Shown here: piece after piece, positions 62,483-64,000 of the stretch
How the letters are laid out: the number at the start of each line of letters is the position of its first letter
Position numbering within the stretch: position 1 is the first letter of the stretch
Assembly (NCBI GenBank): GCA_043228905.1
Contig: JBHGNT010000007.1
Coordinates: 8,246,001 to 8,310,000 of the forward strand
Direction of reading: 5' to 3'
DNA from: Azolla caroliniana
Taxonomy: Eukaryota; Plantae; Polypodiophyta
DNA length: 64,000 nt
The notes under the pieces: generated by a model
What the model saw: the letters and a program-made list of their open reading frames with translations, nothing else
Told to the model about the DNA's origin: nothing
Databases searched by the model: none
Translations under genes and position numbers: made by a program

Positions 62483-64000
62483 AAGGTTTTAGACGGTTCT
62501 AGAATATTCAACCGAATATTCTTATGCATGTACTTCGACTCATAGTATAAATACTTGTAACCTCCTTGGTCCCTTTCAAGGGATTCAACACCAGTCATTG
62601 ACACATCAATCTAGTATTCTCGTTTCGCCCCATCTTCTCTCCTTTATTTACATCTCTGTCTTTATGCTCTTGTAATGTTCCTAGCATCTTAAGTTCCTCA
62701 TCTCGTCGCTCCCAACTTCCTGAGTTTCAATCCCCATCACATCGAGTTCCACGTTCGTAGCTTATCAGTCATAGCCTCGTCATTTGTGCTTTGTCGTAGT
62801 CTAGGGTTGGTGTGTTCGTGACTGTTTGAATCCCTTCCAACTAGAAGCATCACCCATCTCCGTAATCTCCCTTTGCTTCTAGAGTTACCATCGTCACCAT
62901 CTTTGCTTCCAGAGTTACCGTCATCAACATCCCTTCGTTTCCTATCTTCCTCGCTATCGCTATCTCCTAGTTTATTCTCATCGTTGTCTCTGTCTTTTAA
63001 CTTCTTATCATGATCATCCCTATCTTTGTGCTTCTTATCATCCTCCACATCCTTATCTCTGTGTTTTTGGTCATTATCATCCTTCTCCCTTATTTCATGC
63101 CATTTTCATCTCTATCTATCTGTTTCTGACCATCACCATCCCTATCTATGTGTTATCTATGTGTTTCTTATCATCTTTGTCCTTGTCACTATTTTTCTAT
63201 CATCCTCTATATCTCTGTCTTTGTATTTCTTTTTATCCTCAACATCTCGATCTCTGTGTTTCTTGTCGTCTTCATTTATTTTATTGTTTCCATCATTGCT
63301 ATAGTCATAGTCATTGCTTCTAGAGACACTTCTTCAACATCATTGTCTTCATTGCTTCATCTTCGACATCATCATCTTCAGCACCTCTTGGTGTCGTCAT
63401 CAACACTACTTTGCCTAGCCTTTCATCGACATCAAGTGTTCCAGTTCTCGGTGAGGACTGCACATGGTCACTCACGTCTGTTGGTGTTCGCGTCTCCGAT
63501 GAGGACCGCACATGGTCACTCACGCCCGTTGGTGTTCGCATCTCCGGTGAGGACCACAGATGGTCGCTCGCCCCCGTTGGTGTTTGCATCTCCTTTGAGG
63601 AACACACATGGTTGCTCGCCCCCATTGGTGTTCGCGTCTCAGGTGAGGACCGCACATGGTCGCTCACATCCATTGGTGTTTGCGTCTCCGGAGAGGATTG
63701 TACATGGTCTCTCACACCCGTTGGTGTTCACGTCTCTGGTGGAGCACCGTACATGGTCGCTCACCCCCGTTGATGTTCGTTGGTGTTCATGTCTCTAGTG
63801 ATGACCGTACATGGTCTCTCACGCCCGTTGGTGTTCCAACTCCCGGTAAGGACCGCACATGGTCGCTCACGTCCGTTGGTGTTGGCGACTCTGGTGAGGA
63901 GCGCAAATGGTCGCTCATTTCCGTTGATGTTCGTGTCTCCGATGAGGACCGTACATGGTCTCTCATGCCCGTTGGTGTTCGTGTCTCTGATGAGGACGGT
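62305..64000 (+). mobile_element. Probable start of another LTR element (TGTCAC..., TATAAATA at ~62546) followed by low-complexity sequence
   Basis: TG start and TATA box; right end not identified. Confidence 0.45.
63450..64000. repeat. 48-bp tandem repeat, about 11 copies, running off the window
   Basis: GGTGAGGACCGCACATGGTCGCTCACGCCCGTTGGTGTTCGCGTCTCC consensus. Confidence 0.92.

Noticed and set aside
62737-63798. ORFs near the right end
   Set aside because: Derived from low-complexity sequence and the 48-bp repeat; no domain evidence

Overview
Eukaryotic, plant-type DNA; a bryophyte such as Physcomitrium is inferred from element types and not proven. No intact host protein-coding gene was found. 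The window is a tandem array of tRNA-Ser(GCT) genes and tRNA-derived satellite repeats (1-8.1 kb and 23.6-27.1 kb, older remnants near 31, 55-57 and 60-62 kb), invaded by nested LTR retrotransposons. Main parts: (i) four 1328-bp units, each a Copia 5' LTR, PBS and gag stub joined to a tRNA-Ser gene; (ii) a 15.6-kb full-length Gypsy element (8065-23650, minus strand) inserted in the D-loop of a tRNA-Ser gene with TSD TTAAG, carrying a second aspartic-protease domain after the integrase and a decayed ~1.4-kaa extra 3' ORF with a Plant-Mobile-Domain-like N-terminus; (iii) nested decayed Copia and Gypsy elements, including a young gag-only element (41504-45021) and a full-length Copia (46432-51900); (iv) a chromovirus 3' end whose LTR is part of a near-perfect 879-bp triplication. 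Several unrelated LTR or LTR-like sequences carry antisense tRNA-like A-box/B-box modules. An ~800-bp foreign insert carries a tRNA-like cloverleaf with an enlarged anticodon arm. All alignments, folds and difference counts were done by eye.
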